From Paramicrosporidium saccamoebae KSL3 (Eukaryota; Fungi; Cryptomycota), in the NCBI GenBank assembly GCA_002794465.1, contig MTSL01000072.1, positions 30,001-62,000 on the forward strand: DNA of 32,000 nt. Direction: 5' to 3'. The first letter of the stretch is position 1. Each line of letters begins with the position of its first letter. Of the stretch, positions 21,712 to 32,000 are shown one piece after another. A program made the translations under genes and the position numbers. A model generated the notes under the pieces. The model was given only the letters and a program-made list of their open reading frames with translations. It was not told where the DNA came from and did not search any database.

Positions 21712-21820
21712 GGCTCATCGTCTATTAACCATGTTGTAAGAATGGATAAAAATGAAGACTTTGACTCATCATCTATTAGCCATGTTGTAAGAACGGATAA
21801 AAATGAAGGATTCGACTCAA
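21712..21820. repeat. 51-bp tandem duplication covering the NCA2 stop codon
   Basis: g(g/a)ctcatc(g/a)tctatta(a/g)ccatgttgtaagaa(t/c)ggataaaaatgaag begins at 21712 and 21763, with a partial copy at 21814. Confidence 0.9.
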
Positions 21821-23059
21821 TGTCCATAGTTTCCGCTCACTGGGAATTCCAGTAAACAACTCTTGTAGATCATCCAAGAGGAGCTCAGTATGCTTTTGAT
21901 CGAGTGAATTGGAGGACAGGTGAGCTAGATCATCAAGAAGGGACTGGATGATGAGAAGACATTTTCCGGATATCCGATACTCGGCCATGTTTGAGTTAAA
22001 CAAGGCTTGAAGAGTGTGGAGCTTTTCTCTAATCCCTTCCAAATAAAATTTGTCAGCACTGTGTAGCCACCTTTTAACATAGAAACGACCTGCACCGAGA
22101 GTAGAATACAGAATGAAGAGAAGAGGGACCACAGCGAGCAACTCAAAGTTCAGCTCATTGGCCTTTAATAGACGATCCATGGCCAGCATGGCGCTTTCCA
22201 AATCAACCTTGCTTTTCTGAACCTGGATCAGGAGCATTGTCACAAGATTACCGGCAAAGACATTTCGCAATGGCGACTGTAACTCTTCTTCGTACTTTTT
22301 AAGCAGCAAGGTGACATCTCCCTGCCTTACTTGACTGGTCACTAAATCTGCTGAAATGTCAGGATACTGTTTCTGGGCAAATGAGACGACCATTCTTTCA
22401 AGCGATTCCATATCGGCTTTCAGGGCAGAGGCGCTCGCCAATGCAAGATTGCTGCTGCGATACCGTATCGTTCTCCAAATATCCTTGATCGGGTTGGCAA
22501 TCCAGTCAGTTAAGAGATGTTGTGACGCGTGATAGGCCTCTTTCCAAAAATTCAATACTTCTTCCCAGTCGAGTTGAGAAATCAGCTTCAGAGTGATGAG
22601 GCCAACAATACCGCATGCAGCGCACGGAACCAAATACAAAGAGACCCAGCTCGGACGTATAAGTGGTATCTGATCGATTTGAAAGGTAGAGTCATTTGCA
22701 TTTTGAAACAGAAGAGTCCTCCCAAGATCCTCAATTGCCCTATCGCGGGCCTCTTCCATCTGAGAGATTCGTTCATGCAGGTCATCACTTTTTACAAAAG
22801 ACGTCAACTTGATCCGTTTGAGAATTACACCAACACCAGCGTTGTATAGCTGGCGAAAATTTGTAGTTTCTACTTGGAACAGAAGATGCTTGAGAAATCC
22901 GCCCCGCCGGACAAGCTTCAGGTAGCGAATAGACTCTTCCACCTTGTATACATTATCCAGCTTTTTTCTGACTACATCCACAACCGGAACCGCCCGCGAT
23001 TCCTTGTTAATATTCTGCTGCTCAATGGCCCGAATCCAGAGTGAAACGGCATCGACCAT
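21776..23059 (-). CDS. NCA2: Nuclear control of ATPase protein 2 (mitochondrial)
   Basis: GDVT.LLKKYEEELQSPLRNVFAGNLVTMLLIQVQKSKVDLESAMLAMDRLLKANELNF is the NCA2 core. Confidence 0.9.
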   Translation of the reverse strand: MVDAVSLWIRAIEQQNINKESRAVPVVDVVRKKLDNVYKVEESIRYLKLVRRGGFLKHLLFQVETTNFRQLYNAGVGVILKRIKLTSFVKSDDLHERISQMEEARDRAIEDLGRTLLFQNANDSTFQIDQIPLIRPSWVSLYLVPCAACGIVGLITLKLISQLDWEEVLNFWKEAYHASQHLLTDWIANPIKDIWRTIRYRSSNLALASASALKADMESLERMVVSFAQKQYPDISADLVTSQVRQGDVTLLLKKYEEELQSPLRNVFAGNLVTMLLIQVQKSKVDLESAMLAMDRLLKANELNFELLAVVPLLFILYSTLGAGRFYVKRWLHSADKFYLEGIREKLHTLQALFNSNMAEYRISGKCLLIIQSLLDDLAHLSSNSLDQKHTELLLDDLQELFTGIPSERKLWTLSRILHFYPFLQHG

Positions 23060-23082
23060 GGGAGATGACGCCAGGGCAGGTC

Positions 23083-23602
23083 ATGGAGCAGTCTTCTGCA
23101 GCCGCTGCCGTCGATCCGGACCGTCTCACCATCCAATATTTCGAGAATGGTGGCGCGAATCCCCAAAAGGAGGAGATTTCTATTGTATGGGACCAAGTCT
23201 AGACAGACTAATAGTGCAGGTGTCAACAGCGGACGGTACGACTGAGGATAAGCGTTGTGCCACCTTTTCCATAAAGAACGAGGACCACACTCTCGGAAAT
23301 GCCCTAAGGCATGTTATTATGAAAAAGTACAGGTTGAACAGGTGATTCTGACCGTGTAGTCCGGATGTAGACTTTTGTGGCTATTCTGTGCCACATCCGT
23401 CTGAGGCCAAGATCCACCTCCGTATCCAGACGAGAGGTATGCTCGTCCAACCTGTCTCACCTTATCTGTAGGACCACCAGCTATTGATGTGCTTAGAAAG
23501 GGGCTGGACGATCTACAGTCCATGATGGAAATTCTCTTGAAAAAGTTTGATGCCGCTGTCCAAGGGGGCGATTATGAGCACTACCCTGATGTTGAGATTT
23601 AG
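23083..23602 (+). CDS. RPC19: RNA polymerase I/III shared subunit AC19 (138 aa)
   Basis: Introns 23185-23219, 23327-23359 and 23437-23471. The spliced product reads ..[56 protein letters not shown]. Confidence 0.95.
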
Positions 23603-23872
23603 AATAAATAAAGCAAGACTCTGATTTCCAACCTTAGAACAACTATAGCAAGAGATAGCGGTCACGTGAAATGTGGGGTGGGACTATGTGTTATGCTGAG
23701 CAAATAAACGTAAAGTTAACGTGTGCCAAGTGTGAGATTGGTGAGAATAAAAACCCTGTTAATGCGCGAAATGTTTCACAAATCTCTTATTGGAATCTCT
23801 ACTTTATAGATACACAGTGCCATCTCCCACCAAGTAAAGGCAGAATTCCTAGACGGGCCCCGGAAGCTGACC

Positions 23873-24304
23873 ATGCTCCGCTGGTTCAGTTCAATGGCCG
23901 ATACGCTACCCGCAAAGACATTCAGAGTGCGCAGTTTTAGGCCTCGTCTTGTCGACCCCGTAGAGATACAGACGAAAATTGACCGTACTCTTATAAAATA
24001 GTGCTCACGAGGTAGAATTGCCATACTTTGTGGAGCGGACAAAGCTCGGTCGAAACCTTCCCGTGTACATTCACGTCCGGAAACAACATCCAGAAACAGT
24101 AGTGCGTCGCATTTATGGAAATATTAGGGTATGTCTCATCTGAACGTTACAATATTGCTATAGGTGCTGGCAGACGAAATCAAAGCGCTTCTAGAAATAA
24201 GGAAGCCTTCGGATTTTGATGTGCGTGAAGATTTGTCGCACATTATTATCAAAGGGAGTCACCAGACAAAGCTACGAAAATTTTTAACAAAGAAGGGATT
24301 CTGA
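23873..24304 (+). CDS. IMG2: Mitochondrial ribosomal protein mL49 (121 aa); absent from ORF track
   Basis: Introns 23985-24015 and 24129-24163. The spliced product has a basic presequence-like start, then LPYFVERTKLGRNLPVY..TVVRRIYGNIRVLA.EI..IIIKGSH..LRKFLTKKGF*. Confidence 0.88.
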
Positions 24305-24328
24305 GCTGTTCGATGAATAAAATCAGAT

Positions 24329-25381
24329 TTATTGACTCTTCCCGCGGATATCAGTATCTTCCATAGTCCTGATAAATATAGAGTCTGGGGCATGACTAGA
24401 GAATTATTAGGCACTAACAAATAAAGACCGTACTCTTTCTCGCCTTCTTCGTAGCAATAAGAAGAGGCAATTGCAAGGAGAGAACCATCGCGGCTGAACG
24501 CCAGAGATGAGATACTTGAATGATTCTTAGGGAAGCTACGGATGCGCTTCTTTGAAATCGGATCCCATGCACAGACAATCCCATCGCTTCCGCCCGTACA
24601 AAACGTTCCGTATTTTGGATGAAAGGCCACAGCATTGACAGGATAGACAGTCTCCATGTTTGCCTGGTCGGGCATCGGAGCGCGATGGCACTTGAAGGCA
24701 AAGTTCTGGGACTGCCCAGCGGGGTCCAAATACTCTACACCAACCCGTCCCTCTATGGATGAGATTACAAACGCCTTTCCGTTGGGGAATAAACGAATGC
24801 AACGGGTCTGATGTCTTAGGGAAGACTCTCTTGTCTGTAACGGCGCATCAAGTTTCCGGGTATCATAGACTTGGACATGCCGATCGGCCATCCCGACGAC
24901 AAGGACATTCTGTGCGCAGTCCATCGAGTATACCTTGCCCGGTACATTAAGACTTGCGGTTCTGGTTGCCGAGTTTGTATCCCATGCCGTCACGGTTGAA
25001 TCCCACGAGCCAGAGAAGAGAATGCCGGTGGACTGACAGCGAACGAGGGACCGGACCGCATCTTCATGCGTTCCCAGAATGGAAGTCTTTAGGGTGTTCC
25101 AGTCAATGCGCATGACTTGACGGTTCAGGCCGCCGGTGAATGCGACAGAATCACTGTCAGAGAAGCAGCAGTCGAGCAGAGCGGCGTCGAATGGGATTTT
25201 GCCTTTCAGCTTGTTCTCTTGGGCATTATACAAGTACAGGTGCTACAGATTACTTGGATACTTTACGACGTACTGCGTCCCAAGATGAGGCTAATAAATG
25301 GTCCGTTTCGTTTCCAAAATGAACTGCGGATATGCCGTCTTTGGGCGGCGCAGACAGCTCAACTTCAGTTCCCGGCTGCAT
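24329..25381 (-). CDS. BUB3: Spindle checkpoint WD40 protein Bub3 (327 aa)
   Basis: Introns 25243-25273 and 24396-24433. Motifs PPKDGISAVHF..LLASSWD, SIEGRVGVEY, FAFKCHR, YPVNAVAFHP.YGTF.TGGSDG and YCYEEGEKDHAPDSIFIR. Confidence 0.93.
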
Positions 25382-25439
25382 CCTCAAAGTCGGGGCTGGA
25401 TCCCAACTCTTAAGTCCCGGTTGGATTTTTAATCTCGGC

Positions 25440-25710
25440 TGGATCCCCCAAAGTCCCAGCTTGATTATCCAAAGTCCCGACTTGATTCTCCAACGTTCCG
25501 ACTTGATTCTCCAAAGTCCCGACTTGATTCTCCAAAGTTCCGGCTTGATTCTCCAGAGTCCCGACTCGATTCTCCAGTCCTGACTTGATTCTCCAGAGTT
25601 CCGACTCGATTTTCCAGAGTTCCAACTGGATACTCACCCTCAGCGACTGGATTCCCACTCTTAGCAACTGGATTGCCACTCCTAGTGACTGGATTCTTGC
25701 CCTCAGCAAC
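25440..25710 (-). repeat. 21-bp tandem array, 13 units (one 19-bp unit), heptad VGTLENQ coding register
   Basis: Plus-strand unit starts at 25440, 25461, 25482, 25503, 25524, 25545, 25566 (19 nt), 25585, 25606, 25627, 25648, 25669 and 25690. Minus-strand consensus GTCGG(A/G)ACT(C/T)TGGAGAATCAA. Confidence 0.95.
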
Positions 25711-25793
25711 TAGGTCCTACAATCTTCGTTCTAACCAGTTCCAAGCATAAGTTTTATTTAATCCTCACGAAAGACAACACTGATTACTAATCA

Positions 25794-26415
<622 letters not shown>

Positions 26416-26674
26416 TTAATTGTTACTGTGACGTGAGGATGGAGAGCTTAGTGTACAGAAAGAGGGCCGTGGTTGAATTGACAACACAAGCGTCCCGATT
26501 CGTCAGGGGCCAGGTCCTCTTATGCGCCCGCCCCATCTGGTCAATTAGGATAAATTACCATACACACGAAATCCAAATGAACCATTCTATAACGTGAATT
26601 ATTGATTCTATCATGAAACTATCTCAGGACCATCGGGGTTGTAAAAAGGCAAACGTGACCCTATCATGAGACAA

Positions 26675-27117
26675 TCAAGACTGCACGGAGACTGGATTGA
26701 TTTCCCTCTCCATCTCAATTCTTTCACGAGCGCGGACTATCTTGGATTGCAAGTAAAAGGAGCCGCCGGCCAGCCGGTCATTCGCTTTGAACATTGTCTC
26801 AAACTTCTATCAGGTTAGTCATTGCTAGATTGTGCCTCTTGGAGCTCTACAGAAGGTACATTTTTGGTGACATTCAGGACTTTGTACGCCTCATCCAGAG
26901 GCATCGTCGAGGGCGTTTTGACTGTCGTCTGGGTTGCATTCTTTGTTGCACCTGAATCACATTATGGCAATAGTGAGTTTGGTTACTGGCGGCGGCATGT
27001 TTGAAGGTTTCGCGAATAGAACCAACTATCACTTTTGTCCCGAGCACAATGACTTGTCCAAGAACCCTCAATACCTAGAATGATATAATAAACTACTTTT
27101 TGAGAAAGGCATACCAT
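26675..27117 (-). CDS. PAM16: Mitochondrial import motor J-like protein Pam16/Tim16 (112 aa)
   Basis: ATG-only first exon. Introns 27075-27114, 26952-26986 and 26807-26835. The spliced product reads [39 protein letters not shown]. Confidence 0.93.
26807..26835 (-). other. GC-AG intron in PAM16
   Basis: GAG|GCACAA..GACTAAC CTGATAG|AAG, 29 nt, phase 0. Confidence 0.7.
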
Positions 27118-27365
27118 GCCGATGCTTGAGCAGAGGACTAGGAAGCCGAAGAATTACTTGGAATTCTCCCCGTCTCTGATTGGCCAGCGCCTCGCGACCG
27201 GGATATAGAGCATTTCAGGCCCGGTCGTGGCTTTGCGCCTCATTTGTGAACGGTTTATTAGCCTTCGTCCGGCCCGCACACTCTGGCTTGCGCCCACGCC
27301 TCCTAACCCCATTAACCCCTCGTGGTCTAGACATACGACCACATCCAGACTGGACTAGCCGGTGT

Positions 27366-28499
27366 ATGCTAAGCTTTTTAATTTCGCTTCGCATATTTTA
27401 CACCCTGCTTGCGACATCCGTCCTGGCTGCCGGCATCCTCCTGGTATCCTACCAGCGCGAGCGCCAGAACTTGATTCTGCGTTCGTGCTGCCTAGTAGTG
27501 CTGGTTATGTATGGCGCTATCCTGGCGGGACATATCAACCACCAAGGGCTGGACCAGGACGACGCCTTTTGCCAGTCGCAAGCAGTCTTTCTCAACTACT
27601 GTTACATTTGCATACATGCACACACCTGCTTTATGATGCTGAACAACTGCTACGTGGCCATGGGATGGAAGATACGCTTCTTTGAGCAGCACGTTGACCG
27701 GGAGTCAACTCTTGTGCTCCTCTCCTACACCATTCCGCTGCTGTATGTTGCATTCTTGGCCTTCAAGATGGCCAATGAGCCAGACTCTATTGCTATTTTG
27801 CCGGGTTCGTTTTTCTGCAGCATAGCAAGACCAAGGCTCACTCTTCAAACACTATGGTTTATCCTATTCTCGGTTCCGGGAAGTGCGCTTTCAGTATTCC
27901 TGCTGTACCAGACATGGAGGGCGCGCCAAAGGACGCTGGTTTATGGAAGTACGACCCAGCTGACCCTGCCGTATCTGATTCGACTAACGATATCAACGTT
28001 TGTTTATATTTGCCTATCGTTTGGATCGTTCATTCCGCTACTCGTCATCTCAGACTTTGATCCAGAATGGCTACCGCCATCCGAGTTTGCCCCGGAGCCA
28101 CACTTGCGGTCACCTTGGTTGAATCCGACAATGTGCATGGTACGCTCAGAGGATATTGGAATCCGGTACTATGCAAACATGATGTGTCCAGGTGTCTTGT
28201 CATATTTCCCTACATATGTTGGTTTGGCATTCTTCCTCATGTACGGCTTTGGAGCACATGCTCGTTCCTCATACCGCCATTTTGTGAATAGGTATTTGTG
28301 TCAGACGAAACGGAGAAACTCGACCCTCCCCCTGATGGATACAGTTAATGGACAGTCCAGCATGGCCAGCATACCGGAAGAAGCGCCAACAGAAGCACCC
28401 TCGCCCGTGGGGTTGCATGAATGGAAAGAGGAATTTCGCTGGTCCGTTGATTCTTCCGAAGCTCACCAATCAACTGCCGAGAGCTCGCCAGTGGATTGA
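27366..28499 (+). CDS. Seven-TM GPCR-like receptor (resembles Frizzled-like without CRD or cAMP-receptor-like)
   Basis: Seven hydrophobic segments, Cys at the start of TM3 (FCQSQA) and in ECL2 (FFCSI), two Cys in a long ECL3, TM7 ending YGFG plus a basic helix 8 and a Ser-rich tail. First ATG at 27366; an upstream exon is possible. Confidence 0.7.
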   Translation: MLSFLISLRIFYTLLATSVLAAGILLVSYQRERQNLILRSCCLVVLVMYGAILAGHINHQGLDQDDAFCQSQAVFLNYCYICIHAHTCFMMLNNCYVAMGWKIRFFEQHVDRESTLVLLSYTIPLLYVAFLAFKMANEPDSIAILPGSFFCSIARPRLTLQTLWFILFSVPGSALSVFLLYQTWRARQRTLVYGSTTQLTLPYLIRLTISTFVYICLSFGSFIPLLVISDFDPEWLPPSEFAPEPHLRSPWLNPTMCMVRSEDIGIRYYANMMCPGVLSYFPTYVGLAFFLMYGFGAHARSSYRHFVNRYLCQTKRRNSTLPLMDTVNGQSSMASIPEEAPTEAPSPVGLHEWKEEFRWSVDSSEAHQSTAESSPVD

Positions 28500-28586
28500 C
28501 TAGTTAGTTAGTGGGTCTACTAGTGAGTTGACTAGTTAGCTAATGGGTTCACCAGAGAGTTGACTAGAGTCTACCAGTGGATTAAC
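28487..28586 (+). repeat. Degenerate 32-bp tandem repeat starting in the GPCR terminal codons
   Basis: ttgactag at 28496, 28528 and 28560; ccagtggatt at both ends. Confidence 0.7.
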
Positions 28587-28917
28587 TCACGAATCCACCC
28601 GGCTTTTCGAGCTCACCAAGCTTCTATCAATAGCGGATTATTTTGGTGGAACTGAAACACCGCACCACATCCCCCATAAATATTGGGTATAATTCACACA
28701 TAGAACAATAATATAGACTGTACATTTGTTCGCATTATGGGAAAGAAACGACGGAATACATCCAACTAACCACCACCAATGGGAAGCGTTTGAGGTTGGC
28801 GGGAAATTGCGAATGGGCGGGATAAGAGGGCCTGGCATTGGAGGGGATAAATTGCCAGCACTTCTCTTGAAAGGAACTGCAGTTGCCCATTGTATTTGTA
28901 TCTGAAAAAAGCCATCC

Positions 28918-30258
28918 ATGCGCGAAGTGATCTCTATCCACGTCGGCCAAGCCGGAGTCCAAATTGGTAATTCATGCTGGGAACTCTACTGCCAGGAGCA
29001 TGGACTCCAACCTGACGGCACGCTTGCCAACAAGACTGTCCAGCCGGACGGCTCCTTCTCCACCTTCTTTGCTGAAATGGAGGGCGGAAAAAAGTATGTG
29101 CCACGCACAGTCTTTGTCGACTTGGAGCCTACTGTGATTGACGAGGTGAGAACCGGAGCCTACCGACAACTCTTCCACCCCGAGCAACTCATCTCTGGTA
29201 AGGAGGACGCGGCAAACAACTATGCGCGTGGACACTATACCATTGGAAAAGAGATTATTGACCCCGTTCTGGACCGCATCCGCAAGCTGGCCGACAACTG
29301 TGACGGATTACAGGGATTCTTGGTGTTCCACTCATTTGGTGGTGGTACCGGGTCTGGCTTTGGTGCCTTGTTGATGGAGCGTCTCTCTGTCGAGTATGGC
29401 AAAAAGTCCAAGCTCGAGTTCTCCGTCTACCCTGCTCCTCAAGTGTCCACCGTAGTGGTTGAGCCATACAACTCCATCTTGACGACCCACACCACCTTGG
29501 AACACTCTGATTGTTCCTTCATGGTTGACAATGAGGCCATCTATGACATTTGCCGTCGTAATCTGGGAATTGCGCGCCCCAACTACACCAACCTGAACCG
29601 AATCATTGCCCAGGTGGTCTCTTCCATCACGGCCTCCCTCCGCTTCGATGGATCTCTGAATGTGGACCTGACTGAATTCCAGACCAACTTGGTGCCGTAT
29701 CCTCGCATCCATTTCCCCTTGGTCACTTATGCCCCCATCATTTCTGCTGCCAAGGCCTCCCACGAGCAGATGGCTGTTTCGGAGATTACCAATGCTTGCT
29801 TTGAGGCCAGCAATCAAATGGTCAAATGTGATCCCCGTCGTGGAAAGTACATGGCCTGCTGTCTGCTGTACCGCGGAGAAGTCGCCCCCAACGACGTTAC
29901 CTCAGCAATCGCCGCCATCAAGACGAAGCGCACCATTCAGTTTGTTGACTGGTGTCCAACTGGCTTCAAGGTGGGCATTAATCACCAGGCTCCCACTGCT
30001 GTCACTGGCAGCGAAATGGCACCCGTTAAGCGTGCCGTGTGCATGTTGAGCAATACCACTGCCATTGCGGAGGCTTGGAGCCGTCTCGATCACAAGTTTG
30101 ACTTGATGTATGCCAAGCGTGCCTTTGTGCATTGGTACGTTGGTGAGGGTATGGAGGAGGGAGAGTTCTCTGAGGCACGCGAGGATCTGGCTGCTCTTGA
30201 GCGCGATTACCAAGAAGTTGCCTCCGAGTCGATCGCTGCCGATATGGACGAATATTAA
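28918..30258 (+). CDS. TUB1: Alpha-tubulin (446 aa, intronless)
   Basis: [45 protein letters not shown], and a C-terminal Tyr. Confidence 0.99.
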   Translation: MREVISIHVGQAGVQIGNSCWELYCQEHGLQPDGTLANKTVQPDGSFSTFFAEMEGGKKYVPRTVFVDLEPTVIDEVRTGAYRQLFHPEQLISGKEDAANNYARGHYTIGKEIIDPVLDRIRKLADNCDGLQGFLVFHSFGGGTGSGFGALLMERLSVEYGKKSKLEFSVYPAPQVSTVVVEPYNSILTTHTTLEHSDCSFMVDNEAIYDICRRNLGIARPNYTNLNRIIAQVVSSITASLRFDGSLNVDLTEFQTNLVPYPRIHFPLVTYAPIISAAKASHEQMAVSEITNACFEASNQMVKCDPRRGKYMACCLLYRGEVAPNDVTSAIAAIKTKRTIQFVDWCPTGFKVGINHQAPTAVTGSEMAPVKRAVCMLSNTTAIAEAWSRLDHKFDLMYAKRAFVHWYVGEGMEEGEFSEAREDLAALERDYQEVASESIAADMDEY

Positions 30259-30524
30259 GTCGGAAGTATTAAGTTGTTCAAATCCAAATAAATAATCTCT
30301 ATCGATCCTACGAGTTGCAACTGTAAAGCGTGGGTACATTTAGTCTTATTTGTAAGCTGTAGTTTTGGGTGTGGATGTTTCGTTTATCATCCATGCTAGA
30401 GCTATAGGATTTCTCTCGAGCCGCCTGCATATAGACATGCGGTCAGCTGATTGGTCAGTGGCATTCCTTTGTTGCTTCACAGACGGCCTTGTCGCTAGCA
30501 AAGGGCATTGCTCACGTTGCCCAA

Positions 30525-31349
30525 ATGCACTCTTTAGATTTTCTCGAAAAGGCTGTATCCCTCTCTTCCAAAGAGTTCATCCGTGGCTTCATTATCGGCC
30601 AGTTTGCCCTCCTCTTGGTACTGTTGCTGCTTGCTCGCCTCCTTTTCTTCCGCTCTCCCACCCCCCTTGAGCCTATCCGCTTTCCTTCCAAGCCCAAGTC
30701 CAAAAAAGCACCGTCACCCAGCATGCCTATCCTTCCCGGTCGCGAATCTTGCGTCTGGGTCAATTCCATACTCGTCCAGCTGCTAGGGCCCTTGAAGACG
30801 CTGCTCTTGGATGGCGATACACTGGAGCACCTTTCAGCGCTACTGAATGGTTATGTAGGAGGAAGCGACATGGTAGGAACTATGGAGATTTTGAAATTCG
30901 AGCTAGGCGATTCCTGTCCACAAGTACGCTGGATTGAGACACTCTCCGAGGCATCCTGGGAGATACAGATTGAATGGAATGACGTGGCTGAGCTGGACCT
31001 AGACACGGCAGTCATCCTGTCATGGCCGCCACGACAGCACCTGGCATCACTTCCCTGTTCATTCTCGTTTGCAGTGAAATCTGTCATGGCCACGCTAAAG
31101 GTGGTGCTGGAGGGAGACAAAATGTATATCTCGGCATTAAGCGATGGTTTTGAGCTGGATCTGCGGATCCATTCGCTGATCGGGCACCGCAGTAAGCTGA
31201 AGGATATCCCAAAGCTCACCAGTGTTCTGCGAGAAAGACTGAGGGGAGTGATTGAGCAAAAACTTATTGATCCTCATAGGATCGAGATGGACGTTGGCGA
31301 AATGGCCAGGAAGATTATTTTACCACAACCCACAAAGACTGTAGATTAG
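30525..31349 (+). CDS. MMM1: ERMES subunit Mmm1 (TM plus SMP domain), compact
   Basis: EFIRGFIIGQFALLL..LLFF TM, ESCVWVNSIL, and SLIGHRSKLKDIPKL. Confidence 0.88.
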   Translation: MHSLDFLEKAVSLSSKEFIRGFIIGQFALLLVLLLLARLLFFRSPTPLEPIRFPSKPKSKKAPSPSMPILPGRESCVWVNSILVQLLGPLKTLLLDGDTLEHLSALLNGYVGGSDMVGTMEILKFELGDSCPQVRWIETLSEASWEIQIEWNDVAELDLDTAVILSWPPRQHLASLPCSFSFAVKSVMATLKVVLEGDKMYISALSDGFELDLRIHSLIGHRSKLKDIPKLTSVLRERLRGVIEQKLIDPHRIEMDVGEMARKIILPQPTKTVD

Positions 31350-31424
31350 TGTGCGATTATATTACTCGTTTATAAAATTTACTATACAACTGAAAGACCC
31401 TGACATTTTACCAGGGTGTGCATA

Positions 31425-32000
31425 ATGAGCAAGGGAAAAAGGATTGCTCAAAAAAAGAGCTTTCTTGACTGTCTCGAGGCTAGCATAGACAAGCTAGAGA
31501 CCGAACAGAGCGAAAAAGTACCGAAAAGGGAACGCTCCAAAAAGGTTACGTTTGATAGTCGTATCCATAAGCGTGGTTTCTTAAAAGACCAGCCTGCATC
31601 TGCCTTTGAAGAGGATGGGGAGGAGAGTGATGGTGAGGAGAATGATGAGGAGAGTAGTGGTGAGAGCGCTGGTGAATATGAAGGGTTTGAAAGCGCGTCT
31701 GACGAACAAGAGGGTGAAGAGCAAAGCGAAGACGAAGAACAAGAGGGTGAAGAGCAAAGTGAGGATGAAGAACAGGATGATTTTGATGCGCTTTCTCCTG
31801 CAGAACAGTTAAAAATGCTCATGATGCCTGTCGAAGAAGGAGAAGAAGACGCTGACTTGGACTATGCCGAAGAATATGATGAAGACGAAGAGGATGATGA
31901 AGACGAAGAGGATGATGAAGATGAAGACGAAGAAGGGTTAGAATACGATACTGACGAACCTCAACAGGACCTGAAAAAGCCAAAAAAGCGTCTTTTATCT
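31425..32000 (+). CDS. Unidentified highly acidic (D/E-rich) protein, 5' part; runs off the window end
   Basis: Open from ATG 31425 to the end: MSKGKRIAQKKSFLDCLE..RSKKVTFDSRI, long D/E tracts, then KKPKKR. Absent from the ORF track because there is no stop. Confidence 0.75.
   Translation, partial: MSKGKRIAQKKSFLDCLEASIDKLETEQSEKVPKRERSKKVTFDSRIHKRGFLKDQPASAFEEDGEESDGEENDEESSGESAGEYEGFESASDEQEGEEQSEDEEQEGEEQSEDEEQDDFDALSPAEQLKMLMMPVEEGEEDADLDYAEEYDEDEEDDEDEEDDEDEDEEGLEYDTDEPQQDLKKPKKRLLS

Noticed and set aside
23057-23060. Overlapping ATG/CAT starts for NCA2 and a long RPC19 ORF (22944-23345)
   Set aside because: The model starting at 23083 with intron 23185-23219 gives a more plausible AC19 N-terminus.
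24259-24433. Apparent BUB3/IMG2 coding overlap from the ORF track
   Set aside because: The ORF reads through the 38-nt intron 24396-24433; spliced BUB3 stops at 24329.
25440-25710. CRISPR-like array
   Set aside because: Units are contiguous with no unique spacers, there are no cas genes, and the context is eukaryotic; it is a minisatellite.
27303-27320. Telomere or telomerase-template-like CTAACCCCATTAACCCC
   Set aside because: Only two imperfect units, with no supporting structure.
29005-29060. Alpha-tubulin K40 loop two residues shorter, with QPDG occurring twice
   Set aside because: This loop is naturally variable, and the Lys is retained.

Overview
Very gene-dense eukaryotic nuclear DNA with about 31 genes in 32 kb. 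By hand I reconstructed 29 well-supported spliceosomal introns of 27-40 nt, plus 2 tentative ones of 26 and 30 nt, so many genes are fragmented in or missing from the ORF track (AKTIP-like UEV, RPC11, RPC19, mL49/IMG2, PAM16, ARPC2). The proteins are fungal-type, and mitochondrial biogenesis genes are present (NCA2, IMG2, PAM16, MMM1). Together with the extreme compaction, this suggests an early-diverging fungal relative such as Rozellomycota (Paramicrosporidium-like) rather than a canonical microsporidian; the taxon is inference only. Most genes are housekeeping. The main points for follow-up are: (1) seven orphan single-pass membrane proteins, two of them below the ORF cutoff, one carrying PPxY and PSAP motifs and one apparently frameshifted at a (CA)n tract; (2) a 21-bp heptad-coding array (VGTLENQ) with a 2-nt frameshift directly upstream of BUB3; (3) catalytic-residue substitutions in an AAA ATPase (Walker B DE>DN) and in GTPBP2 (switch II H>D); (4) two GC-AG introns in adjacent genes; (5) divergent start codons only 23 nt apart; (6) tandem duplications of gene 3' ends. 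I found no tRNA, rRNA, CRISPR array or transposon.
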